From the human T2T-CHM13v2.0 reference genome, Homo sapiens: a DNA stretch of 64,000 bases. The stretch lies in the NCBI RefSeq assembly GCF_009914755.1, contig NC_060935.1. One strand, 5' to 3'. The notes beneath the pieces were generated by a model, which saw only the letters and a program-made list of their open reading frames with translations, searched no databases and was not told the origin of the DNA. A program made the position numbers and the translations under genes. Each line of letters starts with the position of its first letter. The first letter of the stretch is position 1. Below, piece after piece: positions 44,245 through 59,000 of this stretch.

Positions 44245-44901
44245 GCTTAGTTTTCTTCGCCCTTGGCAAAGCAATGAATCTCAAAGGGTGGAATGTGGAT
44301 CCCCATGGGTGGGTGGGGCACGGGAAGCCCCTGCTACTGAAATCCGCAAGCCGGCCCTGCTGTGAAGGAGGGAAGGGTCAGGGCCGAGGCCCCACCACTC
44401 TTGCCCTCCTTCTGGTGACCTTGGCTGAACGCAGTGGGGGACTGCCTTCACCTGGAGCAGTCGTGCTCTGGGAAGTGCCATTTTCCTCTAAGGAGAAAAC
44501 ATCTTTTTCACACACAGATGCCTGAGTGGGATTCTTTTCCCAGGGCCCAGTGTTTCTGGTTCTATCTTTTAGTTTCTTTTGGTGGATTTGTCCTTACACC
44601 TTGACTGTGTGCCACTCTGAGCCTCGATAGTCCCGCTTCTCAGAGGCCATCTTGGTCCCCTTTAGGCCAACAGGATGGGGGGTCCAGGACCCAGAAACAG
44701 GAAGCTGGGGAGAGCTGCGTTCACTGGCGGATTTTTCTCTGTATTGTATGTGGGGGCATGAGAACTGGCAGGATCAGGAGGAAGGGTGGGCCCTCTGAGA
44801 GCCCGGGTGACTGCCAATTTGCTTAATTCTCAGGACCAGTTGAGGGGTTAGGTGAAGAAGCCCTGGGCTGGGGCAGGAAGGAGACGCCGTACCCAAAGCT
44901 A

Positions 44902-45213
<312 letters not shown>

Positions 45214-45673
45214 AGGGATAAGATGGCTTCAGGTCTCAGTGCTCAGCACCCCTTCCTTCACCCCAGGCAGTATAGGAAGGAACCCGAGATACTGAGTTTG
45301 TTGGCTCTCGACTGCTGTGCTCTCAACTGCTGTGCTGTACGAATTGCTACCCCTCTCTGTGCCCTGTTTCTCCTACCTGAAAAAGAGGAAGGCTCAGTCT
45401 CTTTAGGCCCCTTTGGAACCTCAGCCTCCCCTCTTGCTCCATCATCCTCATCCTTCCTCTAAAATATGACAACATCCTGATTCCTCTCCTCTCAGGCAAC
45501 CAGACTTTGTTTTCTATAAAACTTCCAGCTAATCTAAGAAATGCCTCCCCACCCATGTGTTCATGTGTTCATTGCAGAGGTCTCTTCCTCCCTAAGGCGT
45601 CCCTTCCCAGGGCTGTTGAAGAGGTAACAGGGTTCGTGTGGTGAAGCTCAGATGTGGGGTCAAGTCACAGGTC

Positions 45674-46304
45674 TGCTACCGGAAAGGGGTCTCGATCCAG
45701 ACCCCAAGAGAGGGTTCTTGGATCTCTCACAAGAAAAAATTGGGGGCAAGTCCATAGGGTAAAGTGAAAGCAAGTTTATTAATAAAGTAGAGGAATGAAA
45801 GAATGGCTCCTCCAAAGGCAGAGCAGCAGTACGGGCTACTCGAATGAGTATACTTATAGTTCTTGACTATATGCCAAACAAGGGGTGTATTACTCATGAG
45901 TTTTCTGGGTAAAGGGCAGAGATTTCCAGGAACTGAGGACTCTTGCCCTTTTTAGACTATATAGGGTAACTTCCTGACATTGCCATGGCGTCTGTAAACT
46001 GTCACAGTGCTGGAGGGAGTGACTTTTAGCATGCTAATGTATTATAATTAGCATATAATGAGCAGTGAGGATGCCCAGAGGTCACTTTCATTACCATCTT
46101 GGTTTTGGTGGATTTTGGCTGGCTTCTTTACTGTATCCTGTTGTAATAGCAGGGTCTTTGTGACCTGTATCTTGTGCTGACCTCCTGTCTCATCCTGTGA
46201 CTTAGAATGCCCAACCTCCTAGGAATGCAGCCCAGCGGGTCTTGGCCTCATTTCACCCAGCCCCTATTCAAGATGGAGTAGCTCTAGTTCAAATGTCTCT
46301 GACA
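45674..46304 (-). mobile_element. MER41B-like solo LTR (ERV1)
   Basis: About 630 bp with TG...CA ends. Has 'ccggaaaggggtctcgatccagaccccaagagagggttcttggatctc' and 'cccctattcaagatggagtagctctagttcaaatgtctctgaca', and retains the tandem GAS region. Confidence 0.88.
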
Positions 46305-48637
46305 ACCCCACCACATTGGAGCCAGCAACCCGGGGCAGGGGCGTCTTAGCGTCTCTGAGGACAATGGCCGCTCCTTGTTCCCTGGGCTGTTTGGAATAGA
46401 ACCTGGGCCACCTCCTGCCCAGCCATGCCCAGTGCACAGGGTCAAGAGATCAGCCTTTGGTTTCAAGCCTGCCCTCTAAGTTGCCATTGGCCAGGGATAC
46501 ATAACTCCGTGTCTTTGCGTCTCAATTTCCCCATCTGAACAATGACGGTGTCCCTCATCTCTACCACCCGCCTCTCCAGACACTGAAAGGAGCCAGAATT
46601 GTGGGTTTCAGTGGCTGCTCCCTGATAAGGAGAGCCAGCCTGGCCTGGAGGCCTGGAGGAGGCTGAGGAGGTGGAGGAGAGGCCACATGCTACAGCCCCA
46701 CCCAAACCTCGCAGCAGGCACAGCTGCAACTCCATCTGGAACAGCGGGCCCCACCCACACACATGGTCGAGCAGCCAGACCTCCAGCACGCCCCCCACCC
46801 TGCCTGGCTGCCTTTCCTGCCACCCCCGGATTTGTACCCATAATCTGCATATTTAGCAGTTCACCACATTGCAAGCCAAACCCTAAATCCTTCTCAGGCG
46901 GGGCCCTGGGAAAGCGCTACTCATGCTTCTGCAGAGCCCCAAGCCCCGGCGTCTAAGACCCCATTTTCCAAGTCTCCAGGTGGACAAGACGTCAGCCCTG
47001 TCTTCAGGTGTCCCCTGGACCTTCAGAGGCTGAACCAGGCAGCTAAGCAATCAGAATAGTCAGGATAATTCGAAGAAGAAGAAAAAGGAAATGAGAATGA
47101 TTTCATTATTTGACTTTCAGGACGCTGAGTGAGACGAGCTGGGCAGTACCATTCTCCCCATTCTGCAGAAGGGCATACCAAGGCTCAGGTTCAAGTTCAG
47201 AGTCATTCAGGGCCGACTCAGCCACAATGCCAGGAAGAGCTGTCATGTCTCGAAGGCCCGACCAATTCAAGTGAATTTCTAATTCTTGAGTCTAGAAGCA
47301 GCTAGGAGCTATGGACAGAGCGTGGGGCAGGGGACCCACATGCTTGGCCTCCAGTCCCAGCTCTGCCCCCAATCAGTTGTGTAGTCATGGCTACAGGGTT
47401 GACCCCTTGGAGCCTCTGTTTCTACCACCCCTTTACTTCTGGGATCTCTCCAGGCCCCGATTCAGCCTCCCAGCCTCCCACCTCCCCAGTCCCAACTCCA
47501 AAGGAGTATATAGGGCTTTTGAATGTCACTGACTCTTCTTGAAAATGGAAATGGACACCCTTAGAGAGCTGTTGTCAAGAAATATGCAGAGCAGACATCC
47601 CGGTGCCCTTAACCCATCCTTGAACCTGACCCCTACCCTAAAATACCAGCCATTAGCATTTTCCTAGCTCTGTCTTCCAACCAGATGGTGCAGTAAGTAT
47701 TTAGTCCTGACATCAGCCCTTCGGAGACAGAGGAAGATGATGAGGAAGATAAAGAAGATGATGTTGGTGAGTGGCAGATGCTGGGCTCAAAGTCAGAGCT
47801 GTCAGATTCGGAGGCCTGAGCCTTCACTACCGCTCTGTGCCGCCCAAGGCATGGGAGCCCCCAGGAAGAAGGAACCCTCCACCATCTTGGCTGCTTTCTG
47901 TAACCCAGTCAGCCCCATGAGGCCCATGCCTCTCCCCAGGTCCTAAAAGGCATGCGCACCTCCCCATTTCCAGCACCCACCACAACCCCTGCTCCTCTGC
48001 ACAGGGGCACCCACTCCCTGGATTGGATGTGAGAGGGAGATTGGAGATGTGACCTCCATAGCCTGACTTTGTTGCCACAGGCCTTGTCTTGACTCCTCAG
48101 CTCACTGGGGGCTCCTCAGGGTGGGATTTGGGGTTCCAAGTCTTCTGTTCTCTCTTCTATTCCTGCACCTAATAAGGGTCTGTGGATCTCCTATCTCATG
48201 CCAGGCATTGCTCTGGTGATGGAGACAAAGCCATTCAAAAAAAAAAAAACAAAAAAACTATATCCTCAGTCCTACTGTCTTCAGCACAGGCTGGCCCCTA
48301 GGCAGTCTCCTCCCCTAAGTGTCCACAGATGGATGGAACAGAGAATTGAGAAGGAAAATAGAAAAGCCACATCTGGAACCACAAGACCAGCATGCAAATG
48401 CTCACTTGCCATTAGCGTGCTGTGTGACCTTGAACAAATCATGTGCCCTCTGGCCTCAGTGTCCCCATCTAACAAACAGAAGGCCTTGGCTCCAGCAATC
48501 ATGCAGCCATGGTTATTCCTGTCCCACCTTCCCGATTGTTGCCATGCCCACCTGTAACTCTTTTTATTAAATATTATTCTTTAAATAAATGTACCTTTTC
48601 CAATTAAATACATTTATTTTAAAAGGTAAATTTATAT

Positions 48638-48938
48638 TGCTGGGCACTGTGGCTGATGCCTATAATCCCAGCACCTTGAGAGGCTGAGGTGGGCAGACTG
48701 CTTGAGCCCAGGAGTTCAAGACCAGCCTGGGCAACATGGTGAGATCCTGCCTCTAAAAAAAAAAAAAAAAAATACAAAAATTAGCTGGGCATGGTGGTGC
48801 TCACCTGTAGTCCCAGCTACTTTGGAGGCTGAGCTGGGAGGATTACCTGATCCCAGGAAGGTTGAGGCTGTAGTGAGTAGTGATTTCACCCCTGCACTCC
48901 AGCCTGGGGGACAAAGTGAGACCCTATTTCAAAAAAAA
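48638..48938 (+). mobile_element. Alu SINE (AluJ-like)
   Basis: Diverged dimeric Alu. Confidence 0.93.
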
Positions 48939-49000
48939 GATTATATCACTCCTACAAATGAAAAAAATAATCAGTATCATTTGCCATAAGAAATAAAAGG

Positions 49001-49850
<850 letters not shown>

Positions 49851-50057
49851 ATGAACTGGGAGTCTGATAAGCCCACGTAGGAACCTGGACCTCTTTCGTT
49901 AGCCATGTGACCTTGGGCAAGTAACTTAACCTCTCTGAGCCTGTAGAATAAGGTTGCTGTGTGCCTGATGCATAGTAGGTGTTCATTAAAATGACCATGC
50001 CTCTGCTTTATTTCTATTTGAAAGGAAACTTTAGCTGTCTGGTGCCACCCATTGCCA
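49851..50057 (-). repeat. Arm 2 of the 207-bp inverted duplication
   Basis: Reverse complement of 44038-44244. Confidence 0.94.
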
Positions 50058-51039
50058 GGGAAACTGCTGTTAGCAGGGAAGGTTTAGAGCCTTGAGAAAG
50101 ATTCAGGTTGGAGGGGCAGCAAATAGAAACTTCCTCATTGGTTTAATCAGAAGAAAGGAAAAGAGTAAAGCGACAACTCTCAACAACTCTCTGGCTTGGT
50201 GACCCTATGCTAAGTAGTGCCGGGTCTTTATAGCTCTCTGAAGTCAGCCTGCGGAACTCCGGGATGTGAATATTGACCTTCCCTGGAGCACACTTTGGGG
50301 CTTTCTAGGTTTCTTTCCTGCTCTGTTTCCAAGCTGAACACAGAGGCATCTAAAGCAGCTCAAGACGTGATCTAAGTGGTCTGTAAATACCCCAGAGGGA
50401 TCCCTTTCCCTTACCTCCCCCTTTTCATTCCATACATCTGCACTTTGTCTTGCCTTGCTTCCTGCCCCAGCCAGGTGAGATGGTCCCTGGTGGGGACTGG
50501 AGTCGGTGCAGATGGGACAGAGGGAGGGTCTGATCAGGCATCCAGTTGGAGGGAGGGTTGATAGACGTTTGGAATGGACCTGCCTCTGCTCCTATGCATG
50601 GACAACTGGAGGATCTGGGCGCCTCGAGGGCGGGGCTGGGTTTTAGCCGTACTGAAACCTTGCTGTCCCGTTCAGAGGCCAGGCCTGGTGGGTATGTAGG
50701 AAGGTAACTAAATAGCCTGCAAGCCGATTGGGCACAGCTAATTCCCAAGGCAGCTGCGAGATGGCAGAATTCCAGTGAGGACAGGAGAAGCCGGCAGAAG
50801 TCTGGGCAGGGCAGGAGGACCCTCAACGCTCACCCCGGGCTAGGCCAATGGGTGGTACAACTCCTGGGGGCGCTCCTTGTGTTGCCTTCCATGAAATGGT
50901 ACCTGCTGGGGTTGTGCAATGCTCAGCCTTGCCTGGGGTCCCGAGTTTTGGGTTGCCTCGTGGTGCTGTCCAGGAAGGGGGAGCTAAGCTATGTCTAACG
51001 TGGACCCCTGCCTATAGCAAAAGGGCTTCCTAAAAGGCC

Positions 51040-51270
51040 AGGCACTGGAACTGGCCTGGGCTGGGGCTGAAGGCTGGCTTTACTGTGTCCCAACTGTATG
51101 ACCTTGGGCTAACTGCTTAAATCTTTCTGTGCCTCGGTTTCCCCATCTGTAAAATGGGGACAGATTAAATGAGCTAATACAAAAAAGTGCTTAGAATAGG
51201 GACTGGATTGTCAGTCCTCAATACATGTTAGCTTTCATAATAAATGCTGTTGTGGTCATTATTATTATTT
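51040..51270 (+). mobile_element. MIR SINE
   Basis: MIR core 'tgaccttgggctaactgcttaaatctttctgtgcctcggtttccccatctgtaaaatgggga'. Confidence 0.85.
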
Positions 51271-51492
51271 TCCTTGGCCAGTGAGTTGGAGAAGGAGTTT
51301 GGTTCAGGAGGGACATGATGTAGTGAGGACAGGCAGAGATGGGAGTGGGAGATGGACACCACCTGTGTCTGGCCCCGAGCTGGACACAGGGAGCAAGTGA
51401 TGAGGCCTGCAGGAAAAGCTCAGCCAGAGAATGTTATGATGCAGAAGAGGGAGGAGGGGCAGCCCACAAGGACTCAGGAAAGCTCCGGGATG

Positions 51493-51857
<365 letters not shown>

Positions 51858-52713
51858 TCACGTGTTGAGGACATTTAATATTGTTGATGATTATATTCCT
51901 ATCATCAACGACTGTTATTATCCCTGTTAGGGATGAAGAGACTGAGGGTCACAAAGGGGAAGTAATTTTCTCAAGGTCACGCAGCTGGGAGGTGGTGGAG
52001 ACAGGAGTAGAACCGTCACCCACCCTGCGGGTTACCATCCGCGGGTGGGAAGGGTGGGTGCGCTGGGCTGAGAACTGGGGCAGGTCTCCTCCGGGCTCTG
52101 CCTCTGTGTTGCTGTGTGATCTCGACTCGGAGCTTCTTGCCCCTCTTCTGTGGAATGAAAGGGGAGCGAAGGAGGAGGGTGTCTGAGGGGCGAGAGATGA
52201 GCCTGGAAGAGAAGCAAGGGCGGGCAGGGGGGGCTGTGACCTCAGCAGGCGGGGTGAGGTCCCAGCTCAGGAGCATCCTGGGAGCTCTGGTGGACCTGGC
52301 CTGGAGCTAATTAGCTGCTGGGAGGGGAAGTGCAAGGGCGGCGACCTTGTGGGGCGGGCCAGCCTCCCGCTGGCCCTGACACTAAGCCCAGCACCCACGA
52401 ACATCTGGCCCGCTTTCATGCAGGCCTGGAGAGAGGCTCTGTCTGAGGGTCAGAGGTGGGGTGCAGATTGTCAGGGAGGACCTAGCTCTGCCCTGGGAGT
52501 TATGGGACCTTGGACCAGTTTCCCCATCCATCCCGGTGATAGATGAAGCCGGCAGCCCCCTCCGTGGGCCCCCTTCCAAACCTCACATTCCCTGGGCCTG
52601 TGAGTGTGGGGAGAGGTCAGGGAGATAGGACATCCCTGGAGGCCTAGGGATGTGGGGCGAGGCCTGTGGGAGGACAGCTGAGGTGAACCGGGAAGAGGAC
52701 TGCAGTGTCATGA

Positions 52714-53031
<318 letters not shown>

Positions 53032-54280
53032 AGAGCCTTGGAGAGCTAGCCCATGGTTTGAGCCACTTAGGATCACCACAGTGGAGGGGTGGCCAAGGGA
53101 GTGAGGTCCTTGTCCTGTCATCCTAGGCTCCAACGGCTTTCTTTGTCTGCCTCCGTGTCTGTCTTCCCCACTGGGTGTGGCAGAGTCAGGCCTCTACTGC
53201 TAAGCCTGAAAATGCCCGACTCAGGCCAGCCCCATTTGACAGAGAGAAAGGCCCAGAGAGGGGAAGGGACTTGCTTGAGCCACAGCCAAGGAGGCTGAGG
53301 GGACTGTGGTGACAGAGGAGCGCCACCTCCATCTCCCTATCCATGTAACTCCAGCGCGTCTGCCTCTGAGGAAAAGAGACCTGCAGCCTACCCGGATGTG
53401 CTCATGCCAGCGCAGAAGAGTGTGTCCAAGGTGTGGTCTCCCTGGACCACTGGCTCTCCTGGCATCTTCCGTAGGAACCTACGCAGCTCCATGTGTTCTT
53501 CACTCCTGGTTTCTCCCTTCTCAGAATTCCAGGCTGCTGAGTTTTTCATTTCGCCGTCCCTCAGAGAGGCAGAATCCGTGTGTTGGGGAAGTCTGGAGAT
53601 GCCCCTGGACTTCCCTGGGAGGTGCAACTTAAAAACAAAGAAACAAAACCGCAAATCCAACGCCTATCAACTGTCAGGTGTGGCCTGACAATATCCCGAT
53701 GTCCCGTCGTAGCAGGATTGCCCCCGCTTTGGAGGGGAGGAAACCAAGGCTCAGAGAGGAAATGGGCGCTCCTGGTGTCCCCCGCTGGGAGTAGAACTCA
53801 AGCCTGGAGGCTCCAAGCAGCCTGTGGCCTGCTCTGGTGAGGTTTTTCGCACCTCTCCCAGGGCCTCCTTCCTCCCCGACGCAGAACAACTCGGATCTGC
53901 TGGTCCCACGGCGTCCTCAGGTCTCATCGGACCGTCAGTGGGCCTGGACAGCAGTGAGCAGGGCCCAGACGGCCGTTTCAGAGACAAAGGCGACACCTGC
54001 TGGAGATACGTGAGCACGACATGCTAAGGCCAGGGGCGCATTCACTGCCTGGCTTCCTTTCTCCCTTGATGGGTGTTTATTGAAGGCCTGCTAGATGCAG
54101 CATCTCCAAGGTGTCAGAGACACTGAATGAAACCTGGTCTTTACCCCACAAGAGATTCCCAGCCAAATATAGAAGGTGCATAGCAATAATTGCAATGTAA
54201 AGTATGAAAACCAATGGTTTTCACTTTTTCCCCGCTTTTAATCAGTGGAAATAAATTCCTGTGTGAAAATGTAGTTAATA

Positions 54281-54590
<310 letters not shown>

Positions 54591-54594
54591 GTAA

Positions 54595-54860
54595 TTAACA
54601 ATAGTAGCCAACACTTAGCGAGCACTTACTGTGTGCTAGGCATGGTCCTGAGTGCCTTATTTGAATGAACTCATTTATTCCTCCCAACAACCCTTAGGAG
54701 GCAGGTACAACATTAGCTTCGCTTTACAGATGAGGAGACTAATGATCAAAGAATGCGAGTAACCTGGCCAGGGTCATGAAGCTTGAAAGATGCAGAGTCA
54801 GGTTTTGAATGCAGGCCGCCTGGCTTTGAAGCCTTGACCTTCATCTCAAGGTTATACTGC
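54595..54860 (-). mobile_element. MIR SINE
   Basis: 'gagcacttactgtgtgctaggca...ctcatttattcctcccaacaaccct...tttacagatgaggagact'. Confidence 0.8.
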
Positions 54861-55057
54861 CTTTCTGTACACCTGGTACAAGTAAGGCTTCTCTGGCAGT
54901 AGGGGTTGGGGGGATGTGAAGTTAGGAACCACACTTGCTCTGCCCATCCCCCACCTCCTCTGGATTCCTAAGGAACCATCAAAAGCTGCCGACCCCAGTG
55001 TGGAAATCAGTGCATGCATGACATCGATAGGTCTTAAGCAGGGAAGAGGGAAAATTC

Positions 55058-56061
55058 TTTTTGAAGGAGAATTTGTATCATTTTAATTATTTTTATGTAC
55101 AGAAAATGAAAGTGTACATTTAACCCAGTTAAGTGGCAAGTTCTTTAACCTTTGCCTTTTCCAACTTGGCAATGCAAGCCATAGATTTGGGACCCAGGAT
55201 ATTGCCTCCCCAGTGACGACGGATATCATCATATCTGTCGTTGTAATTAGTCCTGACAGCTTCCACCAGCTTCATCAAAACTCCTTTGTCTTCTGAGTTA
55301 ACCTGTGTGAAGGCAACAGTGGTGCAGGTCTTCCTGTGGACTGGACGTTCCAGTCTTGCCTTCCCCTTGATAATGCAATCAGAGACCCACATTTTACAAT
55401 GCAGGGCAGGCAGGAAGACAACAAGCTCGATGGGATCCTCGTCATGTCAAGTGCTACTCAAAATGGTTAGGCCCATTGTCTCCAAGCTACCTGCTGAGAG
55501 GTGATCGGCCTAGCATGCACACTCTTCTCTGCGGGAAGCAGCAGGCTGGCAACCAAACGTCTGTTCACATGCAGTCATCACTGGCTGAGCCTTCTTGTTC
55601 TCCACCAAGGGGTAACGGTGTTGACTCCTGCTTGAAGGACAGGTAGTCTCTTAGTGAGGATGTCCCCTTTGCTGTCAGCTTTCTTCTCAGCCTGGGCCAA
55701 CAGCCTCTGCTTCTACTCTTGCTTTGTCTCTGGTCTGTATTTGTGGGTCAGCTTAGGCAGCTGAGTAGCTGGTGGTCCAGGTCCTGGGTGAACTGGTTAA
55801 TCACAGGGGGCACTTTCAGCCACTTATAGAGGATGGCTCTCTGCCGCTGCAACCTGATATAGCAGGGCCATTTCACAAAGCGGCTGAGGTCACTTTTGGG
55901 CTGGATGTCCAGTGCCAAAATTCTTAGGCCTTTTCTTAACAGAGGGGATTCACCACTTTCTTGGTCTCCTGCTTCTCCATGACAGCAGGGGCCGGGGCCA
56001 CTTTCTTCCCCCTGTGCTTCTTTCCTCTTGGCATCTTGGGAAGGTGGAGGAGCAGAAGAAA
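55058..56061 (-). pseudogene. RPL7A: Processed pseudogene of 60S ribosomal protein L7a (eL8)
   Basis: Intronless. Pyrimidine-rich 5' leader and ATG at 56034. Peptides '[42 protein letters not shown]' and '[72 protein letters not shown]'. Native stop at 55120-55122, then a short 3'UTR and residual polyA. Frameshifts and a ~120-bp foreign insert are present. The symbol is the parent gene. Confidence 0.97.
55453..55567 (+). repeat. Insert in the RPL7A pseudogene; direct copy of 59001-59114
   Basis: 11 substitutions plus 1 indel over 115 bp (hand count). It is not RPL7A sequence. Confidence 0.92.
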
Positions 56062-56269
56062 ATAGATTTATGTGTTGCAATGGTTACTCTAGGGGTGGAG
56101 CAAGGAACTCAAACCAGAAGCTGTGATCAGATTTGGGAGGTGAACTGGGGAGGGAGTAGAGGGCACAAGAGCAGAGGAGGAAGGATGATCTGTGTTCACT
56201 GAGGAGATCACGTGGTCATAAGCTTGATTTTTAACTTACTTGGAGTGAGGTATGTGTCTAATTTGTCTC

Positions 56270-57510
56270 TTGAGCCAATCAATTTATTCACAGCCATTTG
56301 TAGAACATCTACTATTCACTGTTCTCAATGCTGGGGACACAGTGGGAAACAAGGACATAGGTCCTGCTTTTATGAGGCTTACACTCTTGTTGTGGGAGGG
56401 GGTCTAATAATGACCTAATAAGTAAATAAGATGAAGATGGTGATAAATATCATAGGGCAGATAAAGCAAAGCAATGTGCTGAGAGAGGCCAACCCAGCTG
56501 GTTTGAATTCTTACGCTGCCACTGGCTGTGCAGATCTAGGAACTGAGTGTTTCTGGCAGAGGGAATGGCAGATGCAAAGGCCCCGAGGTGGGAAGGTGCT
56601 TGGGGCATTAGAGAAACAGAAAGTGTGACTGAAGCATGAGAGGAGAGGAGGTCAGACAACTAGGCGGGGGTTAGAGCACATGCCTAGAGAAAAAAAAAAA
56701 AGCTTTGATTTTTGTCCAGGGCAATAAAACACTGTAGGAAAGTTTGGGGCAGAAACATGATAAGGTCTGATTTGCATTTGTAAAGTATCACTCTGACTGC
56801 TGAGAGGAGAAGGATTGTAGGGTGGCAAGAGTGAAAGCCAGGCTAAGTGTGGTGGCTCACGCCCATAATCCCAGCATTTTGGCAGATCCAGGTGAGAAGA
56901 TCACTCAAGGCCAGGAGACCATCCTGGGCAACATAGCAAGACCCTGTCTCTAAAAAAAAAAAAAAAAAATTATCTGGGTGTGGTGGCACGTTTGTAGTTC
57001 CAGCTACTCAGGAGGCTGAGGTGGGAGGATCACTTGAGCCCAGGAGTTGGAGGCTGGCTGCGGTAAGCCGTGATCACACCACTGTACTCCTGCCCAGACA
57101 ACAGAGTGAGACCTTATCTCCAAAAATAAAAAATAAAAATAAAAAAGACTGAAACCAGGGAGTTGAGTTGTCCAGTTAGGAGATGATTGCATTAAGCCAG
57201 GAGGGCGATGACGGTGACTTGGAACAAAAGGGTGGAAGGAGGCAGATCAAAAGCATTGGAAGGTAGAGGTGGCTGGGCTTACTGAAGGGCTGGAAATCGG
57301 GGTGGATGGGGAAGATATGTCAAAGGAAGGAACCAAGGGTATGTCCTAGAATTTGCACCGTGGATGAATGGTGCTGTGACTTACTTAGATGAGGATGACA
57401 GGAGGAACAGGTGTGGGGCAGATGCTAAAGGGAAGAAGAGTTCCACATGTGGTTGCATGAGAAGAGATGAGACATAAAAATGCATATATGAGTCCAGGAA
57501 CTGTTGAACA
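56270..57510 (-). mobile_element. L2 LINE fragment interrupted by an Alu
   Basis: 'ggcagagggaatggcagatgcaaaggccccgaggtgggaa', 'tctgatttgcattttgtaaagtatcactctgactgctg'-like and 'ttccacatgtggttgc' L2 motifs. Confidence 0.7.
56841..57146 (+). mobile_element. Alu SINE (AluJ-like)
   Basis: Diverged Alu. TSD-like aagagtgaaagcca / aagactgaaacca. Confidence 0.92.
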
Positions 57511-57634
57511 GATCAGATCTGGAATTATAAATCTAGCTGTCATCTCATGAAGAAAAGGTGATCCATGACCAGGGAGAAGTGATTCACAATTCTATATCCA
57601 GCCATAAAAAGAGCTCCCATCGATATCGCTATTA

Positions 57635-58190
57635 ACACCACCAATGTCAATGCCATTCTTGCATTACCATTGTTGTCATCAGGATCACCACCATCATCAG
57701 CAACACAATCATCACTATCACCACCACCACCATCATTATCATCACCATAATGACCTCTCATTACCTCACCATCACACTTCACCATTCTTCTCATCACTAC
57801 AGTCATCACTCCCATCATCACTGTAGCAACCAGCATCTGCATCATCATCGCTATAGCAACCGCCACCTCCATCGTCATCACCATAGCAACCATCTCCATC
57901 ATCACCACCATAGCAAACACCATTACCATCCTCATCACCATAGCAACCACATAATTCTCATCAGATACCATCATCAGCATTGTTATCATTGCCATCAATG
58001 TTATCACCACCTCTCCCACCATCAGTGTCACTAGTAACACCACCATTTTCATTCTCATAACAACTCTAACAACTATCTATCACCATTTCCTCCATCACCA
58101 ACTCCATCACCATCAGAAACAGCAGATCTCTATCTCCATTACAGCTACCATTGCATTACCATTTCTATTACCATCCTCCTCCTCATTATC
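57635..58190. repeat. Degenerate (CAT/CAC)n triplet low-complexity array
   Basis: Runs of catcac/caccat with a recurring 'catagcaac' motif. Confidence 0.92.
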
Positions 58191-59000
58191 TGTTATTAAA
58201 TGTTATTATTCTTGTAAAGCTGAAAGCTCTTGACCTGTGAACACTCATCTGCACTTTTCCTCACTGTTGCTGAGTTCACTTTTCCTACTTTACAAGTCGA
58301 GGCGGGGCTCAAAGAGGAGGAGGTACCTTGCTGAGAAATAGCAGTGGAGTAAAACGTGGAGGTTTTGGTTGGGGCAATGAGGATTAGAGTCAAGGATCCC
58401 TAGACTTTGAAGATGAGTTTAGGAAAAAGGTCGCTCTCTGAATCCATGTAAACCTAATGAAACCAAGAGAAACTGCAAGGATATAGATTAGTCTGCTGTT
58501 AACAAAAGACCTCAAATTCAGTGACTTCAGCGAAATGGAAATCTCTCTCTCTGGCATGGCTGCTCAATGTTGGCAAGGACCCAGACATCCTATCATGTTT
58601 CTCCATCATCACCAACATGCAGTTTCATGCAGTTAAAGAAAGATGACCAGTTTGTCTTTTGGGTCTGCTTTCCAAGCAATGGAAATGGAGTAAAGGGAAG
58701 AGAAGGGCTCTCTCCATCTCCCCATCTCCTTTATCTCCTTTATCTCCTTAAAGTGTGTGACTCAGAAGCTGCAGACATCACTTCTGCTCACACCCTTGGC
58801 CAGAAAGAGGGTGTTCTGCCCATCAAGATAAGAGTTTGTATTCCATTATTTCTAATTATTATATTAATATAATGTGATGTTTATTGGATAACTACTACAT
58901 GCTAAATTTTATAACAAGGACTGCACACATACCACTTCCAATCTTGTGACACAGAAAAAACTACTCTTTTTATTGCCTTCATTTTACATATAAGAAAAGG

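Noticed and set aside
55448-55570. Insert in the RPL7A pseudogene as a retained intron or snoRNA
   Set aside because: It has no GT-AG ends on the minus strand, and it matches local DNA at 59001-59114.
57540-58058. Met/Val-rich (minus) and poly-His (plus) ORFs
   Set aside because: Artefacts of the degenerate CAT/CAC triplet repeat.
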